A stretch of 64,000 nt of DNA from Chara braunii (lineage: Eukaryota > Plantae > Charophyceae), in the NCBI GenBank assembly GCA_003427395.1, contig BFEA01000013.1, forward strand, positions 1,159,891-1,223,890, read 5' to 3'. Shown here in pieces: positions 39,540-52,867 of this stretch. The translations under genes and the position numbers were made by a program. Position 1 is the stretch's first letter, and each line of letters opens with the position of its first letter. The notes beneath the pieces are model-generated. The model saw only the letters and a program-made list of their open reading frames with translations, had not been told where the DNA came from and searched no databases.

Positions 39540-40097
39540 CTTCTTCCTCTTCTCAGTCCACCATCTCCCTCTCCCCCTCTCGCTACCTGACTTCACTGCA
39601 TCAGCAGACTACGAGAGAAATAGAGAGCTTGGTGACATTTGGATCCAGACTCGACATTTGGGCTTCAGACATTTTGACGAGGGATTATTTGGGACTTGTG
39701 ACAAATACTTGGTGTTGACGACATTCCCATCTCTCCCCCTCTTCTTCGTCTGTGCATGATCAGGGCCTGGCGCCTTCTTCCTGTGTATAGCGCCAGGTCT
39801 CCTCACACCTTGTGATGAGAATGATGTATGTTTAGTCTGCGTTGCAACATTGATTTGGCTAGTCATTGATATTCTAGCATTCTGCTACACTATCTTGTAC
39901 TACGTGATAGAGGTCAGTCTCGGTCAGGTCAGGACTTGTACCTAAGTCTTCCCTGCGCTATAAAGCACCATTTTTGTATGTATCAGAATGTACACTGCTT
40001 ATTGAGATTTCACTTGCACTGCATTGTCCATTCAGTCCTTTTTATCACATTGCGGATCCTCGGTTATTATGTGCATCGCCCAACTGGGCATGTAACA
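38625..40097 (+). repeat. 3' LTR of B
   Basis: TGTTAC...GTAACA, with a TATATA box near 39047 and an internal (GA)n. Confidence 0.92.
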
Positions 40098-40424
40098 GCA
40101 CTAGAGCAGTTGTAACGGACAGGTGCTGGGTGCCATAGCTGTAGTGTTACATAGGCAAGGACGGGGAAAGACATTCACATTAAAGAGAGAGAGGGTGAGG
40201 CCTGAGGGTCAAGAGCAAGAGTCCATCCTTGGTTGTTGTTTGCTGGTGTCCAGCTTGGTGCATACTATGCAAGACTTTGATTTCCAAGCAAAAAAAAAAA
40301 AATTCCTCATATCTCGTGCTTTGGTTTCTAAACCGCATGTGCTGAAGTGTGTTTCCCACTGTGACTTGACATGCTGGTTTGCAGTTTGGGCTCATTTCAA
40401 TTGCAGGACGATTTTGATTGTTGA

Positions 40425-40449
40425 ATTGCCGCGCGCGCGCGCGCGCGCG

Positions 40450-40518
<69 letters not shown>

Positions 40519-40888
40519 CCATTCTAATTAACTATGCACCGCCCCCCACCACAGATGATCAAGTTTGGTATCTGCTCCGATCAGTTTCAAATCTGATCCA
40601 CGGGCCATTGAGACTCTTAAAAAAAGTAAAAGAAAAAACACGGACGCGCGCGCACAATCGAGAGAGACAGAGAGAGAGACGTCAATCATTACAGTTGCAA
40701 AAAAGCCGTGTGCGAGTGCGCGCGCGTGCGCGCGCGCGCGAGAGAGAGAGAGAAACCAATCTAACCAACTATGCGCCTGAGAAGGTGTAGTATCTGTTCT
40801 GATCTGTTTCATATCTGATCCGTGGCTCATCGAGGCCCCCTTTGTTTTTGGAAAAGAAAGAAGCATGTGCATGCCCGCCCGCGCACGC

Positions 40889-40926
<38 letters not shown>

Positions 40927-41057
40927 AATCTAACCAACTATGTGCCTGAGGAGGTGTAGTATCTGTTCCGATGTGTTTCATATCTGATCTGTGGCTCATC
41001 GAGGCCCCCTTTTTTTTTGGAAAAGAAAGAAGCATGTGCATGCCTGCCCGCGCATGC

Positions 41058-41109
<52 letters not shown>

Positions 41110-41110
41110 C
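40425..41110. repeat. Microsatellite-punctuated tandem repeat (~170-240 bp units)
   Basis: AACCAACTATG..CCTGAG..GGTGTAGTATCTGTTC units separated by (GC)n(GA)n. Confidence 0.75.
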
Positions 41111-41382
41111 TGTGTCAACAACAATGCACAGGTGAGCCTAAAAACCATGCAGACCCCGCCCAGACCCACCCCCCAACCAACAACCCCCCTCATGCCCCTC
41201 CCAAATTCTCATTTGTTCCCTTCATTTTATTGCGGGTGAAGCCACAACAGGTAACCTTGCCATCCGTATTCCTTTCATCCCTCTCCTCCTGCCTCCTTTT
41301 GGCTTTTCCTCTTCCCTCTTCCTCTAGAGAAACGCATATGAAGAGAGGGGTGGAGAGGTGGGTTTCTGGTTTGTTGGCGTGT

Positions 41383-41452
<70 letters not shown>

Positions 41453-41519
41453 TGCATACACATCGTCATTCAGGCCAGCAGCACAGTTCTAATGCTCTGC
41501 AATGGTGTGCGCCTTGCAG

Positions 41520-41576
41520 GAGGCGAAGTTCTTATCGCAGCAGTATGAAGCACGCATGCTAGAACTGGAGGCAGAG
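41520..41576 (+). CDS. Host kinesin-4 exon (19 codons)
   Basis: ccttgcag|GAG...GAG|gtatga; EAKFLSQQYEARMLELEAE; phase 0; fills the expected stalk segment. Confidence 0.75.
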
Positions 41577-41639
41577 GTATGATATAATGGGGCAACCATC
41601 CTTGAATGTGTGTATCATGCGGCCCAGTGGGATACATAA

Positions 41640-42195
41640 GCAGGGTAAACAAACCCCTGATATGGCGATGTGTTGTCGCAGAGTCATAACTGTACGATAT
41701 CGAGCAATTTCCTAACCATCCTTTGAAGAAAGCGTAATAGCTCACCCGGACTTCTCCGCACTGTAGCAGTCTAGGAGGAAGGGATGATGGATGGCGTGAC
41801 GAACTTCGAAAGTTTTCTTTATCTAGGCCTAACAGCCCCCTCATCTTCAATTATGCCATCCAGGTGACAGGGGTGTCTTTGCATTGACCTGTCCATTTCT
41901 AGTAGCTATGGAGTTACTCATGCGGGGTAAACAAACCCCTGAGATGGCAATATATTGTAGCAGTGCAGAAGGAAACGAGGATGGATGGCAGAATATAAGG
42001 GAGTTCCGAGTTTGACGAACCTCAAAGTTTTCTTTATCTAGGCCTAACAGCCCACTCATCCTCAATTATGCCATCCAGGCGACATGAGCGTTTTTGCATT
42101 GACCTGTCCATTTATACCAGCTATGGGTGTCTTTGCATGCGCGAAAGACTGGTGGCTGAACAGGCATCTCATGTGACCATTTCTACTAGCTATGG
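41640..42195. repeat. Degenerate local tandem duplication
   Basis: GGGTAAACAAACCCCTGA and AAAGTTTTCTTTATCTAGGCCTAACAGCCC...CAATTATGCCATCCAGG each occur twice. Confidence 0.75.
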
Positions 42196-42322
42196 GGATA
42201 CTCTCAAGGACTATCATGTTATATTCGGATGCATCTGGTTCGTGTTTAAGTTTTCTCCATGGATTGGTGAAGGAATTCAGTTCTTATTCCTTTGGTTTTT
42301 GGAATTAAAAAAATATGTACGA

Positions 42323-42919
42323 CTAGGCTGGGCCGTCGCTCGGCTGGGTGGGCCTGGGGGGTATCGCCCGGCAAACCCAGGTGACGCAAAAGCCCTACAA
42401 TAATTTATTTTTACTTTTGTTCTTTTTTGGCTGTGGGGTCTGGCTGCAATACCCCAAAGGACCCTGAATTTTTGGGGGGAGGGGGTTCGAGCTTGTGATT
42501 ACACAGGGGGTCGAACCAGGTGTGTAGTGGCTGTTTTGCTGGTATGTCAGAGGTTTATTGCAGGTGTGTATGTCGAAGAAGAAGAAGAATTCAAGAAGAT
42601 GAAGAAGAAGATGGGTGGTTGAAGATGGGGGGCAGGCGGTAAGAAACGGAGGGCGGAAAGAAGAAGAAGAAGAAAAGGAAAAAGAAACGGCGGGCGAAAA
42701 AAGACAGGATGATGAAGAAGAAGACAGAGGACAAAGAAGAAGAAGAAGAAGAAGAAGAAGAAGAAAAACGGCGGTGGCAGATGATGGGNNNNNNNNNNNN
42801 NNNNNNNNNNNNNNNNNNNNNNNNNNNNNNNNNNNNNNNNNNNNNNNNNNNNNNNNNNNNNNNNNNNNNNNNNNNNNNNNNNNNNNNNNNNNNNNNNNNN
42901 NNNCTATCCGTTTCGTATG

Positions 42920-42985
<66 letters not shown>

Positions 42986-43034
42986 TCATTCCCCCCCCGG
43001 GAAGCCGGCTGCGGGGGTGCACACACGCACACAC

Positions 43035-43066
<32 letters not shown>

Positions 43067-43541
43067 TTAACGGATTGACGAGTGGGCGATGGCAACGTGG
43101 CGGCGGAGTGGGTGTGGCTATGGCACGCGTTGGGGTTCGGTGTGGCGTGTCTATGTCGAGTTTGCCACTCGCGAATTCAGACAACGTGCGAATGGCAGCC
43201 CCCTCCAGCATCCAAAAGTTTGAATGCTGGCGTGGACTGCCATTCGCGCGTGGTCTGAATTCGCGAATGGCACCTGCTGACCCCTGTCCCGACGATCGAT
43301 CCCAGCCACCGATCTCTGCAGATCAGCGGCTAGAATCGATCGCCGAAAAGTAGTGCCCTACCGGGCCTGGGGAGGTGGCCTGGACCGATTCGGCCTCTGG
43401 AAACCCCCCCAGGCGTTTTGCGCTGGGACCGCCCGGTGGCCAACTGGGCGGGACAACTGGCCAGGTGCCCTCCCCCCCCCCCGCCTCCCCCCCCCCAAAA
43501 GGTGACATCCAGGGCCCTGGGCGACCTGGGGACCAGCCTAG
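42323..43541. mobile_element. hAT-like non-autonomous element
   Basis: TIRs CTAGGCTGG / CCAGCCTAG, GC-rich subterminal motifs, and flanks ATGTACGA / GTATACGG that differ only by transitions. Confidence 0.5.
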
Positions 43542-43739
43542 GTATACGGGACTGCTTTTCAACTGTGCATGATTCCCGTTGTTGAGCTTGGAAAGAAGTG
43601 TGTATCGAATGGCTTTGATCAACTCCAGGAACATTGTGTGGTTTGTCATGCAAGTCCCCAGCTCTTCGTTCAATTTGGGAAGCCTTGTCTGACTCTGATA
43701 AATACACATGGGAATATCATTGCTTGACACTATCTCCAG

Positions 43740-43787
43740 ATGAAGCGAAAGGAGGAGGAAGTGGAGCAGCTTAGAGCAGAATTGGAG
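43740..43787 (+). CDS. Host kinesin-4 micro-exon (16 codons)
   Basis: tctccag|ATG...GAG|gtaaat; MKRKEEEVEQLRAELE; phase 0. Confidence 0.75.
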
Positions 43788-44399
43788 GTAAATTATCTCT
43801 GTGCAACGGAAGAGGTTGTCGTACAGTATTTGCACTTCTCAATCAATGGGATGAAGTTTTACCAAAAAAAATTGAAAGTGGCTTAAGAGAACCGCATTAA
43901 CCTTTATCAGCGATGGGGTTGCAACTTGTGTGAAATTTGATGATGTGTGCAGAAATGAGGTGAGTGATGGTCTTATCGTGCACTTCAAGTTTGACAATGC
44001 ACATGGCTCACGTAGTGTGGTGCACACCAATGCAATGCTATCATGCTACATAGCGACAGTGAATGAAGTGGCATTGTGTACATCCCACTTTTGGGACAGC
44101 ATAGGCTCTATTTGAGAAAAACACGGCCCATGGGGGAGGGGAAAAGCCCCAAACACACGGGGGGGGGGGGAGAGATTGTCTAATTAGCACCGTCCTTCAC
44201 TATGGGAGAAAGGTAGCACTGTGACTATTATGCAAAGTCTGTGTGGTTTAGGAAGATTGGTGGCCCTTGTGGTGAGGGGGGAGGAGAAAGAATAGGAGGA
44301 CCTTGAGAATTCCTATGAATGCGATCTGACCGAGGAGGTAGCCAGTGGTCTGAACGCTAATATTGGCACTCGAGGATGAAGCAGAGGGCAAGGAGGGAC

Positions 44400-44915
44400 G
44401 AGAGGAGAAAGAGAGCAGGAATGACTGTGTAAAGAGTGTGTAGTAGGATGAGGAAGGACGGTGACAAAGGCCTATAAGAGTACAAGGGCAGGAGGAAAAG
44501 GGGAAGAGGAGACAGCCAATGAGCCTGATGTTTGAGAAATGATGGATACACTGAATTCATGAGACATTTCAATTTTCTTTTTTAAGTTTGTTGAACTTTG
44601 TTCTCTTTTCGTCTAGCAATAAGGAAAAAGGATGTTGTAAACAGTTCTAAACACAGAATTTACAAGAGGAGAAAGACAGCAGGAACGACTGTGTAAGGAG
44701 TGAGTAGTAGGATGAGGAAGGACGGTGAAAGCAGGAGGAAAAGGGGAAGAGGACACAGCCAATGAACCTGATGCTTGAGAAATGATGGATACAGTGATAC
44801 ACTGAATTTATGAGACATTTCAATTTTCTGAAAGTTTGTTCTCTTTTCTTCTAGCAAGAAGGAAAAAGGATGTTGTAAACAGTACTGAACACAGAATTTA
44901 TGACACATTTCGAGT
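44400..44915. repeat. ~260-bp tandem duplication
   Basis: GAGGAGAAAGA.AGCAGGAA.GACTGTGTAA...AACACAGAATTTA occurs twice. Confidence 0.8.
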
Positions 44916-45474
44916 TTGCTTACTTTCAAGATGTAAAATGGAAACAGAAAACGGAAAGTGAGAGTAGGAGGCAAAGGAGAAAGACAAGGATGAGGAGATG
45001 GAATGATGTGTAGGAGGACAAGGGGAAGGGAAAGGGGCAAGGGCTAGGGCTAGGGCAAGGGGACAGTGTTGGAGAGGGAATGAGGTTAAGGAGAGACTCT
45101 GGAGGGTGACAACAAAGACCTACTGCTTTTCTTTTACTAAGCCTAGGATCCTCTTGACCAGTCTATATGATTGGGACTACTGTGCCAAAGGGTTCCATGG
45201 TTTTGCTTAAAAGGACCACAATCTAGGGTTTTCAGAGGATTTGTTTGGTGAATGGTTCATGGGTTTGCAGCGCTTGTAGGAAGGTTCCTCTGCTAGCACA
45301 ACTGGATATATGCATCGAATGTATGACTGGAACAAAGATGCTGCCTAGGGTATTGTCTGGTTGTCAGAGTTTCTGTTGCTGCTTATTATGGAACATGAAT
45401 GCCATACAATCCATAGATGGATGCTTTCCTGCTGCGAAACGTTCAAACCAGCGTGCATTACTGCTTGCGGGCAG

Positions 45475-45591
45475 GCTTTGGACAAAAATGTCGTGAAAGG
45501 TGCAGAAGAGAAGAGGCGCCTGAGAGAGGAGTGTGAAGCCAAGGTCAAGAAAGTATACGCTCAGCTGCAGACACTGAAGAAACAGCAGAAG
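45475..45591 (+). CDS. Host kinesin-4 exon (39 codons)
   Basis: gcag|GCT...AAG|gtaatt; ALDKNVVKGAEEKRRLREECEAKVKKVYAQLQTLKKQQK; phase 0. Confidence 0.75.
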
Positions 45592-48500
45592 GTAATTGAA
45601 CGTGACATCCACAATGGTGTTCTCCTTAAATTTGCTGCTCCTTTTTCTTCTGCTTCTTATTTCAAACAACTTTGTTCGTTGAATTTGCTACTGCTACTCC
45701 TACGTCTACCACTACTAGTACTATCCTATCTCTCATACATCACTACCATCATCATTGCCATCATCACAGTTTTGTCATCGTCATCAACATCAGCATCATC
45801 TGCAGAAGTCAGAAAGTGGGTCGGCACCATCATCGTGGTTGTTGACAACATCATCAAGATCGTCGTCATCATCAACCATCATCAAGGCAACCATCTTCGT
45901 TACCGTAAATGTCAATGCCTTCATCACTCCTGACGTCATCTTTGATCTGGAAACAGGTGTTCAAATTTTTTTTATTGTGCCTCCGTGCAGTCGATCTCGC
46001 TTTGAATTTTTGAACTGGAAACAGGCACACTACACCAGCTTTGTTATGTCTGGTTCATGGTTGCACTTGGAGGGTCTTAGTATGAACGTCACCACCACCA
46101 TGAACCATTGTTCACTGACATCACAATCAACCATTCTCGTAGGAATTAGTCTGCCAGTGCCCTGTGTAGACGAGAATGAAGTCCTTGTGATCACAATATT
46201 GTTCACGTACCTGCTCATGTACGTGGTTATCTAGGCCATCTAGATACGTCAGGGTTGATGTTAAATGCTGAGCGTGCACACGATGTCGAGCGCATCGGTC
46301 CCGCAGGGGGACCCTCCCGGCCGCGTCACACAGCATTTCGTGCAGGTCTTTATCCTTTATTGCGGTACAAATGGAGCTCCCATCGTCACTCGGGCCGAGT
46401 GCCCATACCTCTTGCGAACCCCTACGACATGATAGGGTCACACGAGGTACGGCCCGAGTGCCCATACCTCTTGCGAACCCCTACGACATGATAGGGTCAC
46501 ACGAGGTACTTACCTCCACTTCTGGGAGCTGTCACCATCCCTTAGGTGGGTGTATCCCCGCGGAGCTACCGAACCACGTGCGAAAGCTAATCAGTTGCAA
46601 TTGCAAAGGTGGCCCAACCGAGGGCGTTTCCCCTACGCTGTAGCATATTGGGTATGCGCGATTCCACGCCTCTATTGGACCCTGACGCGAACCGACGCAT
46701 TGGGGGGCTGAAGTCCCAAGCGCGACTTGTAGTCGGTCGAGCAGGACGCATCCTTCTTACCACGCGTTACACCACACCGAAGCAAAAAGCCAGTTTACTC
46801 GCACAAAATAAAACACTATCCAACCCATAACCTTTTGACACGGAAATCGGTTCGGCGTCCTCCGCGAGACTTGAGATAAAACCGCGCGGATGCAGGGCTT
46901 TCTCATGTCGACTAGCCATGCATGCATACGCAAGGAGTCATAACGATGGAGTACTATGTAGTACCCATAATCGGGTGGCGCTCAGTGATCTCTAAGGTCA
47001 TGCTCGACACTCAAGTGCCGGCTGACACGCGCCTTGAGAGGTTAAATCTCTCGACGCTAGACAACCGCCAAGACGGTTGGGAACCACACCCTCTTCTGCA
47101 CCCTGCGAAGAGTGGGTGGTAGACAGGTTCAGACCTGTCGTGGCAGTCCACGCTTATGGCCTTGGAGTCGAGATCCATCTTCCAGGGCCTGGAGAGAAGT
47201 CGGGGGGTTTGACTTTAACGGCTGCCACAGACTTCAACGTCCAACTATAAAAATTAACAAGCAAAATCACTCAGTAAATAACCGGGCATCCCAACACCCA
47301 TGTTAAATCATAACTCGGGATAAAACAAAGGAGGGGAAGATAAACCCATTAGGGATAACAAGTGGACCCGCCGCAGCGACAGCGCGGCGTGGAATGAGTG
47401 ATTTGTAGCTAATGAAAGGGCAGTAGTGCACAATTTTCAAGAGACCATGAGGAAGGGAGGGGGTAGGAAGGGGGATGGGGAGAAGCGGAAAGGCGAGGAG
47501 CAGACAACTCATTGACAGAATACAGGGAAGAGCATATGTACAGGGAAGGACAATGCATCCACAACCAAAAATTTATTTCCAAAGAAAGAAGAGGAAATAG
47601 CCCATCCGCAGGAAAGAAGTGTCATGGAAGAACAATTCGTTTACAGTGTGCAGGCAGTGCAACGACCATTATTCCATGTGTAGAAGTTGAGGTTGCACGT
47701 ATCCAGAGGGAAAAGCTCGAAACAGTGTTGGCAAGTCTTGATCGTTGTAGACAGGTCGGTCGTATGGAACTGAGATCCGATGCAGGCTCCGATTCGCCGA
47801 TTTTGTGTGCAAATCTTGATATGTTTTCTCGCCTTCTTTGGGAGCGGTTGACAGTCAGCGCGGTCCAATGTTGAATGTTCACCGTGTGGGCGCTCCTTGC
47901 ACTTGGAGGAGTGTAATGGCTCGTCGAATGATATCTGCCTTGAAAGCGGGGAAGGGGGCGAGGGGATGTTGTGTCTCGCGATGGTGAATAAAGATGAGGT
48001 CATTTAGATATTCCCATGTTCGAGGTGTGTGGGGGATGTTGTAGATGTGGAACGTATGGCGCGATGCGAGGAGGTTGTGAGTGAGGGCGGTGACTCTTGC
48101 GGCACCCCATGGTTCGAGTGGAAACCACCAAAGCGGTTCATGAGGCGTATGGGGTTGTAATGGGAACTGGCGCGGCGGCGGAGCGGTTGCAATGAAAGAG
48201 TGTCTATGATGTGCGGCAGTGATACGTTCATGCTGGTATTGCGGGCGAGGCGTTCTGGAAGAGTGAGTATGGTTATAGTCATCGTTGATAAGCTTGAGGA
48301 GTAATGTTTTTGCTTGCTGGAATTGGATGGTGATGTTGGTGGAGGGTTCAGGGCGGTGTAGTGATTGCATCCGGTTTTGTTTGTAAAGGGAGAAGAAATC
48401 GCAGAGGTGCGGCGAGAATGCAGCATGATCTATTGTCAGGAAGTCCTTCCATAATATTTGGGTGATGATGTCCTCAGTGTTATCTTTGGTGAGTAGTTGG

Positions 48501-48943
48501 AGCCAGTTGTCCCATCTTGTGAAGCCGGTTACCGAGGTGGTTTGTGTGGCGGGGTGCACAATTGTGAAGGTGGTCAAAGGAGCGAATTGGGTATTGGTTG
48601 AAGGGGGCAGTGTAATTTGGGTGAGAATGTCATCGTCAATACCGATTTGTGATCAACCTGGTAATGATGTTTGTGGCAAGGCAGTAGTGGCGGTGACAAC
48701 AATGGTTGTGGAAACGGAGGTAGTAGTAGTGTGTAGGTATTCAGGAGATGTAGACGTCGATGCAGTCGCGCTTGCAGATGTCGTTGCAAATGTCGTTGCA
48801 GCTTCGGAAGGTGCACTTGTTGATGATGACGACTTTTTTTTTTTTGGTGCCGGTGTATTTTGGGGGAGACCTGCAGGGCACGCAAAAAAGAGAATGCGGT
48901 CAAATGTTGAGAGATGAAATTTAAGTGAGAATTTATTTATAGG

Positions 48944-51900
48944 TTATATTAGTAGTTCGGTTATTGTTGGCAGGGAGGTAGAAGCGAATGTGTGACGGGT
49001 CACCCACCCTTGATGAATGCGTGCATGCAGAAGTCTGTTGTTTGTGATGAAATCGATTATCAATCGCATGCCGTTGCACATGCCGTTTCGCATGGCGATG
49101 TTTCGTAAGAGAATAACTGGTGCACCTTGTTTAATGCAAAGGACATGGGGAGGAAGAGATGAGATGTCAATTGTATGAAGGGCATCGACAGGCACATCGA
49201 GGTAATTTTCGTTGGGAAGGAGTGTGTCGGTGTTGAGGCATGTGATAAAACCTCCAGGGAATTGCTCAAGGATTATCGAATTGAGCGTAGATACGGTGTT
49301 GTTTTTCGATGCGGGAATGAGGCGTTCAGCAAGCCAAAGCGGGTCGCGGGAATTTGTTTGCAGGTACGGGAATGTCCAAGCTATAAGTTGTTGTGTTCCT
49401 TCATATGGGCATAGAGGAGGTGGGAATTTGACGACGGGAGGTTCAACATGGGGGGGGGGGGNGGAATGTCACCGTTCATCGCCAAAAATCGAGGGCGAGT
49501 AGCATATGTCGTGAAGGGTTTGATAAAGCGCCTTGATATGAAATTTGTGTGTCATCGGTGCCTCGTCCCAAACGATAACAACTGTCATTCATATTAGTTA
49601 TGCAAGTGCAGATTGTTTTGAAATATCGAGTGTAGAGGTCGCGGTTGGGGGAAGAGGTGCTTTGAATCGAGAATGAAATGTCTGCCCGCCATGTAAGAGC
49701 GTTGCTGCGATGTCGCTCGATGCTACAGTAAGTGCGATGTGGTTTTGATTTTGTATATATGCGAGAATGGTATTGAAGCAGAATGTTTTTCCTGTTCCAG
49801 CGGGAGCATCAACGAAGAGACAGAGTGGCTCGTTATTGTCAGCGGCGTTCGTAACTCGAATGAAGATAGCATGTTGGGATGTTTCTTTGTAGTGTTTCTT
49901 TGTCATAGGACGTTTCATCATCAATAATTTGTGGAATGTTATGACGGCGGGGTCTTTCAGCCAAAGCATTTGCAGCATTTTGTTCATCAAGGGGCGGGCG
50001 AGCAAGGCCAACATCTTCGAGTTGTTTCCTTTCTTTTTGCAGACGGTTATCAATATCGAGAAGGACCATGGTCCTGATGAGGGGAAGAGGGACATCCGCA
50101 TCATCAAGATTTCTATTGAAGTCGTCTATCGTTTGTTGCCAATGTGTTTCGAATAATTCGGCAGGATCAGCTAGCGCACAGTGTAAAAGTATGTGGACAA
50201 ATAAGTTGTGAAACATCGCAGAGGAAGCAGTAAAGATTACATTTGGTAAGACGACATCAAATTGAGTGTTGTTGTTGAGCAGGCCAAGTGCTCGACATGC
50301 TGATTGATACGTCAGGTGAATTTCGTTATCAATTGTTTGAAGGCTCTCAAATGACGTGGCTCCTCGGGAGTGTGGCGACAAAAGAAGCATTCGGAGATAA
50401 AAGTGTCACCCGCATTGCGATGAATGGTGTGTATTCGTCCGATTGTGTTTGTTTTCCGTTGCCACAATATTCATTGTTTTTTCGGTTTGTTATATCGAAA
50501 CCGTTGGATCATATCTTTCAGGTTTTGTTTCATGGGGAATATTAAGATGTGTAGCGTTCCATTTGAACCACGTGGTAAGCTCGGTTTTCGATGGAGCCAG
50601 ATTTCTTAGATGTTGAGCATCTCTCGGTCGGAAATAAACCCGTTGTTTATTTTCTGTGTGTACAGGCAGCGCGAAAACGACGGGATATCGCTCGGAAAGA
50701 GAAAGTAAAAAATCCTCCAACATGCTTCGGACGCACCGATTGTTCGCATGTCTTGGAATGTTTGAATTTCATCGTTAGCATTTGTCATTTCGCCGACCAT
50801 AGCTCGATCCGGGCCTTTCATAATGTATTCGAACATGTATCGGTAAGTGGTGGTTGAGGCACAAATTTCGACATTTAGGTGACAACGATAACGTAAGAGG
50901 AGGAAGAGATTGTGGGGAATAACCCAAGAGTTATCGATTTCATTGGTTTCACATACGACAATTGTTCCTCCATTATCTCGTGAACGACGGCGGTATATGG
51001 GATAACTTGTTTTTCCATTCCATGTGGTGGGGTCGGAGAAGTCTTTTGGGAAATGATGCGCGCAGCGATCATTGTGCATGCAAGGAGCTTGCATATTGAA
51101 GGGGCCGCATGTATCATCTGTGCTAGCACGAGTTCACGGAGGGCCGGGTTTGTAGGGATTTCAGCGCAAACTATAGAATTTATTTGTTTAGGTGTAGAAA
51201 TTTTATGTTAGTTACTAAATGTAACAACCAAATGTGCATGTGGGAGACCATGTTTTTGGAATTCGATGACGTATATATATGCTGCAGTCGGACCAAATAT
51301 GTGTACACTACGAATGTAATGAACGAGTTGTTGTAAATAGCCTTTGAGAACACGTGTGAGGCGGTTTGGTCTGTCAGATGGTTGTTGGTGAGGGAAGAGA
51401 TAGTGTTCAATTTTCGACCAATGCGACTTGCAAGTGATTGTTATAACAAGATCAGGGGGACCATATTCTTCGACCGAGGCCATAGAATCTTGATATCGTC
51501 AATGCATATCTCCCGGGCTGCCGACGAATGTGGCAGGTAGAATAATATGTTGGCCAATATTTTGAGCGTTATCATATTGCATAAGGTGGTCGTGAACATT
51601 TTGATAGAGGTCAACGTGAATTTTGGTTTGGTGGAGCCTATGATACAATAATCGACCGTTTTCTATCTTTGCGAATGCCATGCATACATATTCTTGGAAT
51701 AATCGCGAGGCTCAAAATATTGTCGTCCATTCGGTGTCTCGGGTATTAAGATGGAAGGCATAAAATTCTCGTGCGGTGATTTGTTGCTCGGAAAAGTTTT
51801 CTTCGTCGTCGGTTTTGAGTGCCCAACCATCTTCGCCCGATGGGAATAAGAGAACGTAATGTAGAGGATCAAAAGTGTGATTGGTTTCATGAATTTGGAG

Positions 51901-52867
51901 AATACCTCCACCACGTCGGTGTATGACAATCTCGCGATTGGATGGTTGGTCGTGCACAAGTAAACATAGTTCTAGAAGATCGTGAGGCCTGTTGTATCGT
52001 CGTTTATGTTCGTTGATCGGACGTGCATCGGGATTGATGACAATATGTCGATTATGAATCATATCATCAGGAAGTTTTGTTGCATCTTCGTTCATGTTCG
52101 TTGATCGGGCGTGCATCGGGATAGATGACAATTTGTCGATTATGAATCATATCGTCAGGAAGTTCGGAAACAGTTATGAAATTTCGCACCCAACGATTGG
52201 ATTCAATTAGAAGGTCGTGGAGTTTTCGCAAAAGTTGTTTAATTTGTTGGACCGTTGCGAGCGGCATTTCAGGTGGGAGACAAAATCTAGTCAGTCGTAT
52301 GACAGTTGCATCATATTCATCTTGTGGATCGTATATATATAGTTGAGCGAAAGCACGCTCGCGACTGATATCTGGTATAAGCGGTCCAAGGTTTTGTTGC
52401 AGTTGACCAACAATTCTCACCATTCCAGTTCAACTTCTCGGAGGAGGTTGCGGCTCTCGGACAATTTGCGATGCAAGTTTAAGCGCGTTATTGAATTGTC
52501 GTGCACCCGAGCGCAATAATCGTGCTTGCACCGTGTCAATTTCCCATAAACGAAGAATTTGGTCAACAGGCGTGTCAGTTGCTGGATATTGCCATAGCAG
52601 TGGATGGATTTTTTGCCTTGTCGACAACAAAGAGTGGTCCACGTGTGCTCATGTGGCCACTTTTGTGCACGACAGTATGTGCATGTTGTTCTATTTTCGA
52701 GAGCACATATATCAATCGGTATGATGTCATAAATCGACTGAGGCGGTGTGTTCTCGAGCACCGTTTCGTCGGGCGAAAACATGATCACTATGCGATTGTC
52801 TGTATCATCGATAGCTCTTAGCGTTCGCATTTCGAGCTCTTTGTGCAGCAACACGTGACAATTCGTC
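48944..52867 (-). pseudogene. Helitron Rep/PIF1-like helicase (RepHel), fragmented
   Basis: FAQLYIYD; FDPLHYVLLFP; ILPATFVGSP; GPPDLVITITC; EFQKHGLPHAH (HUH motif); YPIYRRR; HLNVEIC...YMFEYIMKG; DAPAGTGKT (Walker A); WDEAPM; LPPHVLCIKQGAPVILLRN...CNG. Confidence 0.95.

Larger units (their letters stand above)
26513..40097 (+). mobile_element. Ty3/Gypsy chromodomain LTR retrotransposon B, TSD GCACT
   Basis: TGTTA(T/C)ATGCTGCG at 26513 and 38625; ends GTAACA at 40097; GCACT at 26508-26512 and 40098-40102; PPT present. gag is absent and its position is occupied by a gap plus G3. Confidence 0.93.

Noticed and set aside
45592-45933. Extension of ORF 45361-45933 beyond the exon
   Set aside because: Low-complexity intron read-through after the donor AAG|GTAATT.
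47879-48903. Minus-strand ORFs downstream of the Helitron helicase as a named domain
   Set aside because: No recognisable motif; probably decayed Helitron sequence.
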